A model generated the notes under the pieces. The model made no database searches. It saw only the letters and a program-made list of their open reading frames with translations, and had not been told where the DNA came from. 64,000 nucleotides of DNA from Antedon mediterranea (lineage: Eukaryota; Animalia; Echinodermata): positions 4,999,888-5,063,887 of the forward strand of contig NC_092676.1 of assembly GCF_964355755.1 (NCBI RefSeq), read 5' to 3'. A program made the translations under genes and the position numbers. Numbering within the stretch: position 1 is the stretch's first letter; each line of letters opens with the position of its first letter. Positions 38,652 to 52,830 of this stretch are shown piece by piece.

Positions 38652-39069
38652 CTTAACTTAATTCACTCGTAAACTTTACTTCTGCGAGTTCGCTCAGCAT
38701 ATGAACAATATACTTTGTTACTATCTTCATTTACCTGTAGATATTGCTTTTAATTATTTAGATGATGCATTAATACAATTAAGAATTGTTAATATTTAAT
38801 ACTATATTGATATTCATGTAATAAGCACAAGATTTACAAAACACATGGACTATCAACTAGGATTTTTGAAAGGGAATACTAAACTGAACTCTACAGTTCA
38901 ACTGACGACGTCATGACGTCATGTCATACATACAACCAACTCCATCCATGTGCTATTACTAAAAACCCGGACCATACTAAATAGTTAATTTCATTATTAA
39001 TCAGAGAAGAAGTTTTTTTAATTTAAAAACAAAATTTACAGTGTACACACCGTACCCTTTTAACGTAAT

Positions 39070-39345
39070 TCATTGCATATTGCTGTTTACATGTTATTGC
39101 ATATTACTGTTTACATGTTATTGCGTATTACTGTATACATGTTATTGCATATTACTGTATACATGTTATTGCATATTACTGTATACATGTTATTGCATAT
39201 TACTGTATACATGTTATTGCATATTACTGTATACATGTTATTGCATATTACTGTATACATGTTATTGCATATTACTGTATACATGTTATTGCATATTACT
39301 GTATACATCTTATTGCATATTACTGTATACATGTTATTGCACACT
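39070..39345. repeat. 24-bp tandem minisatellite
   Basis: About 11 near-identical units of ATGTTATTGCATATTACTGTATAC. Confidence 0.95.
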
Positions 39346-39374
39346 GTAAATGTGGAATACAGTGTAAGTTTTGG

Positions 39375-42300
39375 AACAATAAACAGATTATAACAATTGT
39401 ATTTTTGACTGAGCGTTTTAGTTAATTAAAACTTATTTTACATTTTCTGGTTTAAAAAGGAATTGGTTAGCAGTAATTTTGCAAAACTGGTTGGCAAGGC
39501 GAACCTCAAACCTTCGATAACAAAAAGGAAAGGCGAACAAGTTGAATTCAATATAATATAGTTGAAACAATATCAATAATCATCGTGTATTTCTATAATA
39601 ATATTATAAGTATTGTTATGAATTATGCATGGATTTGATGCAACAACGATCGTTGTACAGGAAGTTCAAAATACGCAAGTTGAACAACATTGCCACGTCA
39701 GTCAATCAACGACTCACAACAGTTACCAAAGATTCAGCCAATCAAATCTAAGCCGAAGCTTGTTAATTTTTCAGTGAAATAATTATGTTACGATCATTAT
39801 CAAAGCCACTATGGCATATTTATAATTGATAACAATGTACTTAGGCCTACATTATTATTGTTTCTCCTGTGTCACAACTGTATTAAATCGATATATTGTT
39901 ATTGATTGATTGATATATTAAATGAATTGTTTTCATGCTTAGAGCTTTTGTTAGCAAACATTCTAGATAGTCTTTTCAATTACCATAGTTTGTCTTTTAC
40001 ATCTAAGAAAGACAAGCAATTGTTCGTCTATAATAAAAAGACCGTAACAAACTATTATCTGTCTTTCGATGAAAATACAAACCACAGTTTGTCTTGTTTT
40101 TAGAAACTAATACAGGCCAACTCGTACCCACAATTTGGCTAACAGGACTGGCTCGTAATATATAAATAAAATATATTTATAATTATATTTGTCTTTTGAT
40201 GAAAAGACAAACCGGACTATGGTTTGTCTTTTTATCGAAAGACAAGCCATGGTTTGTAAAAAAAAACAAACAATTTGGTTTGTCTTTCGATAAAAAGACC
40301 AAATATTTGTTTCCGTATTTACAGTATTTTCAAAGTGTTGCAATACTATATCTTATGGTTTTAAGTTTATTCTCCAAGGGCCCATACATTTTCCTACATG
40401 TGTTAAACCATGGAGGTATACCTCAATGGTTAAACCAAATAATTTGGAATGTTCCATTCATCGCAAATCAATACATTTGTATAAACATATATCAAAAACA
40501 ATTATCGTAGGAGGAGATAGGTAAATGCAAAGCATCCTCGTATCATTGTGTGCGGGTATTTTTCAAGATGGACATCCAATAAAAGACAAACCATAGTTTG
40601 TCTTTTACATCTAAGAAAGACAAACAATTGTTCGTCTATAATAAAAAGACCGTAACAAACTATTATCTGTCTTTTGATAAAAATACAAACCACAGTTTGT
40701 CTTGTTTTTAGAAACTAATACAGGCCAACTCGTACCCACAATTTGGCTAACAGGGCTGGCTCGTAATATATAAATATATATTTATAATTATATTTGTCTT
40801 TCGATGAAAAGACAAACCGGACTATGGTTTGTCTTCTTCTCGAAAGACAAGCCATGGTTTGTAAAAAAAAACGAACAATTTGGTTTTTCTTTCGATAAAA
40901 AGACAGACCATAATTTTGTCATTTACAAACCACAGTTTGTCTTTTTATTATAGACAAACGTCTCCTTTGGGAACGTGAATGCCACCACTCAAGTAACGTA
41001 CTGTACAACAATAATACAACATCACAAATAATAGTACAATAATAATTACCCTCTTGGTAACTAACTGAAAATTCTCGTCACAAATACAAAATCCTATAAT
41101 TGGTTTCCGTCACCTTTCCTCCACTTTTACTCTTCATAAACCAATTTACGTTTTAAAACATATTAAATACTATATAATAATAATTATTATATCTGCAATC
41201 TAAATGTAATATAATTTCTATGAATTGCTGTCAATTGTTGTTTTAAAAAGGGTTTGGTTATTTTTTTATAAAGTTATATGGCCAATAAAAGTACAGTGAA
41301 CATAACGATTTTTCTGTGAAAAGATGGAATATGAAAATTATTAGGGCAATAAACAGATTATAACAACTGTATTTTTTACTCAACGTTTTTAGTTATTTAA
41401 AACTTATTTTATACTTTTTACTTTAAAACAACGGTTCCTGTCTGAAAAGGGAAGTAATTCCAAAAAAAAGCCCAAAACTGGTTGGCATGGCAAAACTCAA
41501 ACCTTCAATAACAAATATTAACAGAAAAGGCAAACAAGTTGAATTCAATATAATAAATATAGTTGAAACAATATTAGTAATCACACGACGTGTATTTCTA
41601 AGTATTGTTATGAATTATGCATATATAATGGATTTGATGCAGCAACGGTCGTTGTACAGGAAGTTCAAAATACGCAAATGGAACGACATTGCTACGTCAG
41701 CCAAACTCACAGTTACCGATCGTTATCAAAGCCACTGTGGCATATGCATAATTGGTAACAATGCACTTAGGCCTACATTATTATTATTTCTCCTGTGTCA
41801 CAACTGTATTAAATCGATATATTATTATTGATTTGATACATTTAATGAATTGTTTTCATGCTTAAGATAAAATAAGAGCTTTTGTTAGCAATTCCTAGAT
41901 GTGTGTACTTTAAATTGTAAATTTTTGATTTGGACTCATTTCAACAAACCCAATTTGTGTTTTGTGTGTAACATTAGGGTTAAGGGATGGGAAAGAGGAT
42001 GGGTACAAAGAAGAACAATTTTTAAATATATTTTTTATCTACTCATTAACGAAATATTTTGTTCATGTTTTATAGGCCTATAAATAATATACCACTTGAT
42101 ACAGTAACACATTTGCCATTTAATACTTTGTTAAAACTGTCACTGTCATAATTGATTGAAATAGTAAAGTACATGTAACGATAAACCACTACAACAACGT
42201 AATCAATTAGCCACTATATATTGGTTAGAACAGATGGTGTCGTCGGCGTATAAAGCAACATATTCATTTAAGGTGAGTACAGTACTAATTTATCATACTT

Positions 42301-45115
42301 GCACGAACTGCTTTGACATATTATACTGGGGATAGAATTGGATTGGGGGCGCTATTGGATGATGCTTTGAATTAGGTTCGGCTGTTGTCATCGGGGTGGA
42401 AGTTACAGGAACTGGGCATGGTAAAGGACAAAGAGGGACAGGAGAGATCGATTCTGTTAAATTTGGTGGGCAACTAAATGGGTCTTGAGCTGGGTCGGGC
42501 GGTAAAGTGGGGCTTATTGGCTGTAATACGGGCATACTGGGATCGTACTCTGGAATATCTATTAGTGACATACCGTAACTTAATATATGGTCCACAAAAA
42601 ATATAATTTAAAAAAAAAGGGGGAAATGCAGATTTTACAAAAAAACTATTACAACAAAATTATTTTCATAAAATACTGTAAATTATACATTTCACAAAAG
42701 CGAATTTAAAATGATAAATAATCCTGTGAACAATAGACTGCTGATAAACAGTGGTAATGCTTTGATAAAATGTACAGAAACTATTCAGTCGCAATTGAAT
42801 GATAATAAACTATAGAAATTAAATTTAAACAATATAAAAAAAATTAAAAAAAAAACGTGTGATGCTTTGCTGCTGGTGGAATTGAATCCTGACTCCAAAG
42901 TGTCTAAAAAAAATTGCAATTTTTGTATGCCAGGTCCCTTATTGGGCGCCAAAAAGATGTAGCGGGTGTTCACTCTCCTTAGCAAGCGTTTTGCGCAATG
43001 CTAGCACCGCGTGCCACAAATAATACATTTACTCGGACCTGGTCTCTCGAACTTCCGAATGAAGGTTAACCACTCAGCCGGTATATGAGCTACGTCACAC
43101 AGCAGGAAAGCAATACACTAAACACAACAACTAAAATTGTATAACTTTAATTTATTCTGTTAAATAATAATTAAAAGAATACAGTACAATTATGCAAAAA
43201 AAGATAATACTTAATTAAAACCTACACCTAGTCTAACCTAACACTACTCACGTGAGGTAATTTGGGGATGTGCACAAAATGTTTCGATCAAAGTAAATGT
43301 AGTCCAGCAAACGGCGAAACAAAAGAAAATCAAATACGATAACAGGAACAGTCCAATCCAAAATGAGTTGATAAAAAGTTGAAAGTAGTCTTCTTCTTAA
43401 TTGTTGACAATAAGACAGGATCAAATTCTTAAATAATACCTGGTTCTCGGTTTTATGGCCAAATAATTTAAAACAAAAAAAAACAAAGTCTGCAACACAC
43501 TGTTTCGTTCGGATAAATTTCTAAACGATACTTCTTGTGTTCAGTTCTGAGTGTTCCTCAGCTCTCTGTATAACTTGTCGATTCTTGAATCTTCTCTGTT
43601 CTCCTCTCCTTTTCCTGTCTTTCTATCTTATAAGGGGGCTAGACTCCACCCATATAATTCGATTGATTGGACTTGATTGGTGTCACTTCACCTTCACCTC
43701 AGTTAAAGCTAGGGCAAACTGGACCACTGGACAGCAACACTTGTTTACAGCAACGCCATTAGAAATCCCATTAGGGCAGTTATAAATTCCACAATTAGTG
43801 TAATTAGTGAACAGTTGATAGATTATCATATTCTTTCCAGATGTTAGGAATTGGGGGTCCTAACTACAAACTAAGAATTAATTAAGAAAACTTAACATTT
43901 AAGTTATTAAAAAATAAATGGTAAAAGAATTATAAAATTAAATTGAAACAAATCAAAAATGCACACTATTACATCGACAAACGTCTCCTTTGGGAACGTG
44001 AATCCCACGACCACACCCAAGTAACGTACTGCACAACAATGCAACATGACAAATAACAATAATATATACCCTGTTGGTAACTAACTGAAAAGGCTCCTCA
44101 CAAATGCAAAATACTATAATTGGTTTCCGTCACCTTTCCTCCACTTTTACTCTTCATAAACATATTTACGTTTTAAAAAATATTAAATACTTAGGAATAA
44201 TTATTATATCTGGCAATCTAAATGTATTATAATTTCTATGAATTGCTGTTGTCAATTGTTTTTAGTCGCGTGGACGCGACTCTATAGTTCACTATGTCGG
44301 TCGGTCGGTCTGTCGGTCCGGTATCACTATGTGGTTTAGCACGCGACTTATGGCTGTTGGCCTTGTTTGTAAAGGGTTTGGTTATTTTTTGTAAAGTGTT
44401 ATGGCCAATAAAAGTACAGTGAACATAATGATTTTTCTGTGCAAAGGTGGAATACGAAAATTATTGGAGCAATAAACAGATTATAACAACTGTATTTTTT
44501 ACTCAACGTTTTTCGTTATTTAAAACTTATTTTATACTTTTTACTTTAAACCAACGTTTCCTGTCTGAAAAGGGAAGTAATTCCAAAAAAAGCCCAAAAC
44601 TGGTTGGCATGGCAAAACTCAAACCTTCAATAACAAATATTAACAAAAAAGGCAAACAAGTTGAATTCAATATAATAAATATAGTTGAAACAATATTAAC
44701 AATCACACGACGTGTATTTCTAAGTATTGTTATGAATTATGCATATATCATAATGGATTTGATGCAGCAACGGTCGTTGTACAGGAAGTTCAAAATACGC
44801 AAGTGGAACGACATTACTAAGTCAGCCAATCAACGACTCACAACAGTTACCGAAGATTCAGCCAATCAAATCTAAGTCGAAGCTTGTTTAATTTTTTAGC
44901 GAAATATGTTACGATCGTTATCAAAGCCACTGTGGCATATGCATAATTGATAACAATGCACTTTGGCCTACATTATTATTATTTCTCCTGTGTCACAACT
45001 GTAATAAATCAACATATTTATTATTATTGATTTGATATATTTAATGAATTGTTTTCATGCTAAAGATAAGAGCTTTTGTTAGCAAAAATTCCTAGAATAG
45101 TGTACTTTAAATGAT
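39375..45115. repeat. Rearranged block of locally duplicated, partly Helitron-related segments
   Basis: One ~550-bp segment occurs three times (~39375-39980, 41345-41900, 44470-45110). 39984-40305 repeats at 40591-40905 and 40952-41345 repeats at 43976-44470. Pieces match the Helitron at 5443-7539 in reverse. Confidence 0.75.
42300..43973 (-). mobile_element. Truncated LTR retrotransposon (Gypsy-like): 5' LTR, tRNA-Lys-type PBS, start of gag-like ORF
   Basis: LTR 43973-42958 with TGTA...TACA ends, two CCAAT boxes and TATAA near 43630-43680. PBS TGGCGCCCAATAAGGGAC at 42951-42934. The proline-rich ORF from ~42595 is cut off at 42300. Confidence 0.78.
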
Positions 45116-46117
45116 ATTCTTTTCAATTACATTATTTTCTTAGTCCTTACGAGCTTTCCTTTCTTTTATAGGTGATAATATTCCAGTCCTGTTGGAAATT
45201 AGTTATTATGTACTTGTATAGGTTGTCTTGACATAACATCCGACCCCCCAACCCCTCCGACGCTTGTCTTTGTCTACATAGCGCCCTCATTTATTTGTTT
45301 TGAGTTGCTCTGTCACTTTGCCAAAGTTTAAATGTCGGTGTAGATGATATTCTTAACCTAACTCATTTAATTGTTGTTGAATCATTTTCAACCATGTCAG
45401 TTTGGGTTTTTTGGATTGTCATTCTGCTATAATAAATCATTATTTCTTAATAGAATATCATTAAGAAAACATCATTTAATGAAGACAATCAAAAACAGTC
45501 AAAAAGTCGAGCGGCGTTTTTGGTAAGAAATATTTCTTGTTTATTTTTTTGTTAATGTGTTTGTTTAGTATTTTTTAAGCATTATTTTTGTATTCTTAAT
45601 GTTCATTCAATCTTTTATTTCGGAATCTCTGGTCCATTTCATATATGCAACAACATTCTTAACCTATTATTGAATGTAGCATACCTCAAGAGATCGCAAG
45701 GTACCCTGATTATTTGCACCATAATGTAGCACAATACATATTTACACAATATGTTCTAAATATAACACATTTCAGATCGACAGAACACATACTAAATTTT
45801 CTGACCAATGAGTAATTGGCTCTGATACACTGTATTGCCGCTTTATATCTAACTCATCACCTAGATCTATTTGCCGCCGTATAATGTCACACAACATTAC
45901 ATTGACCTGCTGGGGATTAGAAAAAAAAAATCACTGAAGCCTTGTTGTCTAGGCCTAACTGGTTGATGTTTAAGCCTATCTTTTTATAAGCGAAATATTC
46001 AATGAATAAAGTGAATAACTAGGCCTATTGAAACTAAAAAAAATCACGATCTATTCGAAGATGGTCAGATCTTCACCTTATTATCCATGTTTAGCATTAT
46101 CAGAATTTAGTATGAAC

Positions 46118-46385
46118 TACGGAGCGCCGTCCGACACACTCTGTCCGAAAAACTATTGGTTGTAAGACAAACAAAATGGTTTGTAAAAGACAAATCATTG
46201 ATTGTAAAAATAGTTTGTTTATAAAGACAAACTATATGGTTTGAAAAAGACAAACAATGATTTGTTTTTTACAAACCATTATCTTTTACAAACCATTTTG
46301 TTTGTCTTTTATATTGTCTATATCTACATATGTCTATGTTTTGTATGACAGAATAATTATGTAGTGTGTCGGACGGCGCCCCGTA
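46118..46385. mobile_element. IS3EU-like MITE
   Basis: TIRs TACGG(A/G)GCGCCGTCCGACACACT, with imperfect 6-bp TSD ATGAAC/ATTAAC. Confidence 0.72.
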
Positions 46386-47434
46386 ATTAACAACGCGGAG
46401 CGACACACGTTGTCGAATGATTGCTTCTAATTAAATGAACCATGACGCATTATTCTCGGAACAAATTTTACTTCCTCATTAAAAAGTACAGAACCGTTGA
46501 CTGCGTCAGGTTGGAAAATGTTACGTAGCTGGCCTGGTCTTATTGATATTAAATATGATGAGGCCAAAACAGATGAAAACATGACCTAGTTCTAGTGAAC
46601 CCGAGGTTAGTAGGCCTGTACTTTAGACAAGTCTGTATCCATTTTTTTTATAAATATTTTATTTGTTTTTGTTTCGATTTTTTTCTGAAAATATCCAAAA
46701 TCAAGTAGTATACGTATGAAACGCCATATGTGCCAAAATATTTATCTTTTTACTAATATTAAGACAAAACTCCGTCTGGAACCCAGACTAGCCTGCACCT
46801 GCTAGCCTGTAATGTATATACAAACAATCTGTGTTAATTAACTATTTAAAAGTGCATATAGTTGTCTTGTAGCCTATTTTTTTATCTGAATATTTAGTCT
46901 GCATCTTAGTAGCAATCTACTAGACCAGAGTTTTAAAATTATAAAAAAAATAACTCCAATCATTCATTCTAAAGCTATATGTCTACACTATCAAACTAGT
47001 TTGGTTGTTGGTTGGCGATTGAATAATACATCACACTTTATGCGTTTGCATCGGCTTACAGCTCGACGATATCACACCATCCGTTTTGAACATGTGGGCC
47101 TAGGATTTATATATAAAACATCTGGCCGTTTTGTAGCATTGTTTTTCCTTGCCCATCATGTATTACTGTAAACTACTAGTGTATAGTCAAATGAGATTGA
47201 GGTGGGGTGGGGGTTGGCGTTGGTCGTCGGAAGGCAAATTGAGAATGTGTTGAGACATTCTCGTACCTGATTGGGATTCAAAACATGATATCTCGCATGT
47301 GTGCAAATCTGTATTACTGTATACAGTACTTAAGCAATAAAACACATGTGCAGGTATCACATGTTATTTTATAGGTAGGCATACTCATGTGTCATGGAGG
47401 CTTACAGGTAGGCCGACAAAGCTCGATGCATTCC

Positions 47435-47533
47435 ATCAATTAGCCGCTATATATTGGTTAGAACAGATGGTGTCGTCGGCGTATAAAGCAACATATTCAT
47501 TTAAGGTGAGTACAGTACTAATTTATCATACTT
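47435..47533 (+). promoter_or_regulatory. Candidate promoter / non-coding first exon of the SLC46-like gene
   Basis: ATTGG, TATAAA and a strong donor AAG|GTGAGT at 47505. An acceptor (TTTCTTGCAG, 48005) sits just before the ATG at 48017. Confidence 0.45.
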
Positions 47534-48016
47534 TCTCGAACGAGATGGGGAGTCACAAAATAAGAAAGACCTTTTGTGGAAGTTTAGAATAATTAGCACG
47601 TAACTAAAGCACGTGCGTACACATTACATACGGTGTTTTGCATCGTAAGTGTGTTACTTTATTGTGAATATTATTATAATTCGTTTATATATAAATGTGG
47701 GAATATCCCGTGTCTTACAGCCTACTGGGCTGACGTACAGGTCAATGGTTATTCGTTTCGTGCTGGCAAGTAAACGGCGCTCATTCGTCTACACTGGGAT
47801 AACCCATACTATTCCGAAAGATGGGTTCTTTAAGGCACATTCGACCTCCAGTCTGTTTATGTTCTTTATAAAGAAGACCTACCACCAGCATATTATGGAC
47901 ATGGTCGAGGAGAGTCTTGAGCCCGGTGCTGATTTCATGCTATGACTTGGCCGGCCTAGCGCTTACGCTAAAACACTATTTGTATTGTCACTTTGTTTCT
48001 TGCAGGAACTTCAATT

Positions 48017-50500
48017 ATGGATACGACAGAAAAAGAACCGCCAATTGTCAGAAGACCTGGTGCCAATCGACCACGTCGTGTCTTTATCGAACCAGCTATG
48101 CTTCTTGTAATGATCGGTGTTGTTGGGCTAACTGCGCCAATCACAATACAGTATGTTAACCATCGAGTACGGCAAAAATACAACCTGACATCGGAGACAA
48201 GCAAATCGAATTGTTTGAACGATTCAGATGATGCCAATGATAGTTCACTACAGGACCAAGTACAACAAGAGGTTACAGCATGGAGCCTAGCATACGGAGC
48301 ATGTGGCGCGTTCCCTTTGCTAATTTCAACAACAATATTCGCCACTATTAGTGATACCATCGGACGGAAAATACCTCTATTATTATCAAATTTTGGAATA
48401 ATTGCCCAATGTCTGATTGTTATAACTGTGGCATATTTGTCCTTGCCTTTGACATATCTGGTGATCGGAAACTTTATCTGTAACTGTTTCGGTGGATACC
48501 AGTTGTTCTTTTCCGTGTCTTTAGCCATTGTGGCTGACACTGCCAAAAAGCGCCAACGCACTATGAAATTTATAAAACTACACACGTTAATAATGTGTGG
48601 CTCTGGCCTTGTACAAGTTGGGGTCGGATACTTGGTCGATGCTACAGGATTTATTCCGCCATATTGTCTTGCAGCTGGCCTCTTTATGATAGTTGTTCCA
48701 TACATAATATTTATTATACCAGAAACGGTCACAACAAAACAATCTATTTGCTTTGGCCTTACCAAGTTCTTTTATTCTGTGAAAATATTGTTTACTTCCA
48801 ACAAATCTCGGAGACGAATTAAGATTATTTTGCTGTTTCTTTGTCATTTTCTTGTGTTTACTACCGTCATATACTTCATGCCTGTCGTGTATTTGAAGGT
48901 GCTTTCAAAACCGTTTTGCTGGAACTCCGTTTTGATTGGCTACTACTCTGCGTCACAGCCGATATTTGCAGGAATTGGTAAGAACTGTGTGCTTGCCCTT
49001 TCAAGGCCATTGTGGGGGACGTTCAGATTTAGTTATTGTTGGTTTCATGAGCCAATTATCGCTAACTTGTGGGTAGGCAACCAATTTAGCCGGCTAAATA
49101 ACTAAGCTAGAACGGGCCATTATGTGCAATTGTATTCATTTAATATGAGTCGAGATATACTTGGATGATAGAAAGATAGTCTAGTTAATTTTACGTGTAA
49201 TTGCCGTATCACGATGCAGCTTGGTGCTCTCGTTACGGAAGTACGTACTGCGAACTATTAACGTAAATATTTTGAACAATCAACAAACCGCTTGTGATTG
49301 GTCAAATTACTTTCCATTCATGAAAGTGGCAGCTAACCCGGATGACAAAACACTACATAGCGATCGAGACATTCACGCAAATAAAACTCTGATTAACAAC
49401 TTTTATCTTCATTAGGTCTGCTTTGTGGTGGTTATATCTTAAAACAGTGCCTAGGAGACTATGGAATGATAATCGTAGGCCTGTTTTCAGGTATCCTGTT
49501 AATGATTGGAGTCGGAATTGCCACAACGACTGAAGAGCTGTTTATTGGTAAGGAAGAGGACAATTATTCTAAAAGGATATCGTAAGCCTATACACTAGAT
49601 ACTACATTATTCCATGCAATTGCGTATCAATGTCTCTAGCCTTTCTCTTATTTAATTCGTAGTGGCTGGAATCGGAGCTCTTCGAAATATTCCGTTTGCT
49701 GTTTTAATGGCATTACTTTCTAAGACGGTTGATGACAAAGAACAAGGTAAGAGTTGATGTATGTTTACGTTTCTAGAGATAGGATTTTGTCTGTTAAAGG
49801 ACTTGGTGTATTTGTACGTTTATATAGATAGGATCCATGACGTAAGCGCACCGCAAGTAATTTGTGGAATTACGACGCGATAGATCACCCGAGCTGTCGC
49901 TTGTGATTGGTCAACTCACTTGCGTTGGCCTACGTCGTTCTGTTGCGTCCAATTCAGCATTTATTTGGAAAAATTTAGCATAATAACACAAAAACATAGG
50001 ATATGCCTTATTTTATAATAGTGTATACGCATGTTAACTATGGTTTTGACATTGTAACGACTTTTCGCCAATATTAACGATGGTCATTTTTGCACGCAGG
50101 TACGTTGTTTGCATTTGTCGGCGCATTGGAAGGCCTGGGATTGTTTCTAGGCCCCATAACCCTTGGTAGTCTGTACAAGATGACTGTTGAGACGTATCCT
50201 GCAACTGTGTTTATCACCATGACTGGGATATTGCTGATAAACATGTGCTTAGTTTGGTAAGTAGGCCTAATTAGCAAGTTGTAGAAAAAGTAATAGGCGT
50301 AAAAGGAAGAAGTTCCAATTTGCTCACTACGTTACTAATTACAATTTTGTTCTTACTCTTAATTAGGCGTATTGAAATATTTAGAATTACGTCATGGATC
50401 ATACTATACACGACTAGATTCGTCTGATAATACTATTCAAGCGGAGGAGGATGATGATGATGAAAACGCTCGTGCAGACGATTCGATGGATCATCAATAA
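48017..50500 (+). CDS. SLC46 family (proton-coupled folate transporter-like) MFS transporter, 5 coding exons
   Basis: Exons 48017-48977, 49416-49547, 49663-49746, 50100-50256, 50367-(50427 or 50500). Motifs IEP, QDQVQQEV, SDTIGRK, GGY..AIVAD, IPET, PFCWNSVLIGYY, SKTVDDKEQGTLFA, YPA, and multiple hydrophobic helices. Last-exon frame is ambiguous (see findings). Confidence 0.9.
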
Positions 50501-50647
50501 CTGAGCATACGCGCGGGAAAAGCCTACTTTCTATTGGGCGAATTTATTCGCAAGAAACAATGTTTACTCGCGCTATTATCGAAGCGTTGTTATGCTGTAG
50601 AGTAATTCTAGATTTGCCTAGTGGAAACAGGCTGTATGAATACCTGA

Positions 50648-50855
50648 AGCGTGGTTCCCACTAGAGACGCAATGCAGCGACGTATCGACGCAAAGTACTG
50701 TATTACGCAATCACAAGTGGGAAACGACGGCGCATCAGTGCTGGAAACATCGCAGGTTTGATTTCACGTAGGCGGGGGCAAACACAATTATCGAAAGGGC
50801 ATTTTCTTTCGTTGCGTAGATTGCGTTACGTTGCGTCGCTAGTGGGAACCAAGCT
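50648..50855. mobile_element. Harbinger-like MITE in the SLC46 3' region
   Basis: TIRs AGC(G/T)TGGTTCCCACTAG, flanked by TGA/TAA. Absent from the paralogous copy near 13860. Confidence 0.8.
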
Positions 50856-50999
50856 TAAGTCTTTACCGTAATTGCCAACAGGTAATGAATAGAGGTTATT
50901 TGTCACTATCTTCTTCTTCGTATTTGGAGCCAACTTCAGATGTGAACTCTGTTTTGCTAGCTCTAACAGTATTTGGTTGTGTGAAACTGACTCTCTTAT

Positions 51000-51215
51000 T
51001 TATTTATTATTATTATTATTTATTTTTTTTCCCCTTTCTTTCTCTTTCTTTTCTTTCTTCTTCTCTTCTTCCTCCCTTTTCTCTTTCTTTTTTCTTTCTT
51101 CCTTCTTTCCCTCTTTCTTTTTTCCCTTACTTCTCCTTTCACTTTTCTTTCTCCCTTCACTTTTCTTTCTCCCTTTTTTTTCTTCTTTTTGTTCCTTTCC
51201 CTTTTCTCTTTTTTT
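51000..51215. repeat. Polypyrimidine (CT-rich) low-complexity tract
   Basis: About 200 bp almost exclusively C/T on the + strand. Confidence 0.95.
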
Positions 51216-52830
51216 AAAACTTATATAAATATATATACATGTTAGTACGAATATATATTATTATTTAATCTCTCCTTTATATAATTGTATTGTATAAAGA
51301 AGAGTCCTGGATTTTAGCTTAGTGCAAAAGACATTATTTATTATAAAGAATGGATACAACTTTTAGTACTACTGTACAATTACTATTTTATCTTGTTTGT
51401 TAGAATTGTATATTTTATATATAAATAAAGGTCGTTCCAGATCAGTTTGATTTGATGAACAATTATTTAGTTTTTAACGATTTACCAGCCGACTCGTCCT
51501 GTATTATGGCAAATTCCGTGACACATCGTCACATGTGTAGGCCTATCACATTGTCTGACTCATAATCCATGACATAACCTTCCATGATACACTACAGTCA
51601 CATGTGACGCACACACGTGCTATATTACGGAATATACCTGATACTTTACAAACGTATGTAGACTCGTAGATAAATCCGAGAATCTGGAGCATTATCTAAT
51701 TAATCGCCCTATATTACTTGGTAAGTGTGTCGTAAAGCTATGTCTACACTATCAAACTAGTTTGACAAAAAAGTGTGAGTGCCCAAATATGGTAATGATA
51801 TGCTCAAATGTAGTATGACATCATCATGTCCACATTTTTTGTCACATACAGGTGGCTGATAGTGTAGAGACAGAGCTTAATGATTTTAAAGATATAAAAG
51901 CGTACCTTGTCAGTCCCATTGGAATCCAACACAGAACTATTTTTCAAGTTCCGCAACGGGTTTAGGTGAGAAACTATAGAGGGCCTTGATTTGGCCAATC
52001 GGATAATCACACATTGTGGTATGGTCTGCATTGCCGAATCCGCGAGACACAGGACGACTCTCGCCAACGCAATAGACACCTTGTAGTTTGCAAAAAGGCA
52101 AGAAAAGCCAGCAAGATTCACGTTGCTGGATGATTAAATAATACAGTACTATGGCCTGACTATGCGTCGCTTGGATCGACTCCACACCGGCCTACACTGT
52201 AACATCTATTTGTACCCACTTTTTCCACACAAAGCATGTTTAGATATGAATACATTCTAAACATGTAGTCTGTATCCAACTCAACATATCAGTGACGTGT
52301 TGATTGTTGAAAATGTGGAGCAATATAAAGACACGTTTAGGTTTTATGCGTGTTTAATTTGCCATGTGTGGCACGCAACGCTAAACACGTACCTAAAAAC
52401 ATGTTGACTGAACATAATAGTGACATGTTGACTGTGTCATATTTGTAGTGTATCGTTACAGGTGTCCTGTTGACTTAAAAAATAATTACGGTTTTTTATT
52501 TCAATTGGTCAATGTAAAATATATCGAGTTGCTTTTGATTTAATTTTCTTTGATATAGATATAATTGAAAATGTATTGTCCTCCAAAAACATAAAAATGA
52601 AGATTCATAGAGAAAAAGACCATTTTTCGCTTTTCGCTTATAAAATGACAAAATAAACTGTTAAATTCAACCAAAACCCCTTTGGTTTATTTTTTTTCGA
52701 TCGAATGTTTTGCCAATTAATTGGCATATTCAACAAAAACATTTAAAACAATTATTTGTGATGAGGTGATGTTTTTTATAAAACTACTCTTTATTTCTAA
52801 GAAATAAGTGGATACGATAATTAATATTAA

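Noticed and set aside
39041-39393. Cys/Tyr-rich and other repetitive ORFs in three frames
   Set aside because: Artefacts of a 24-bp minisatellite.
41487-44875. Paralogous ORFs 41487-41831 and 44447-44875 (MAKLKPSITNIN...)
   Set aside because: They lie in a thrice-repeated segment whose copies differ by frame-breaking indels, and no domain is recognisable.
47968-48765. 265-aa minus-strand ORF
   Set aside because: Antisense shadow of the SLC46 first coding exon.
50885-51228. Phe/Leu/Ser-rich membrane-protein-like ORFs
   Set aside because: Translation of a CT-rich low-complexity tract.
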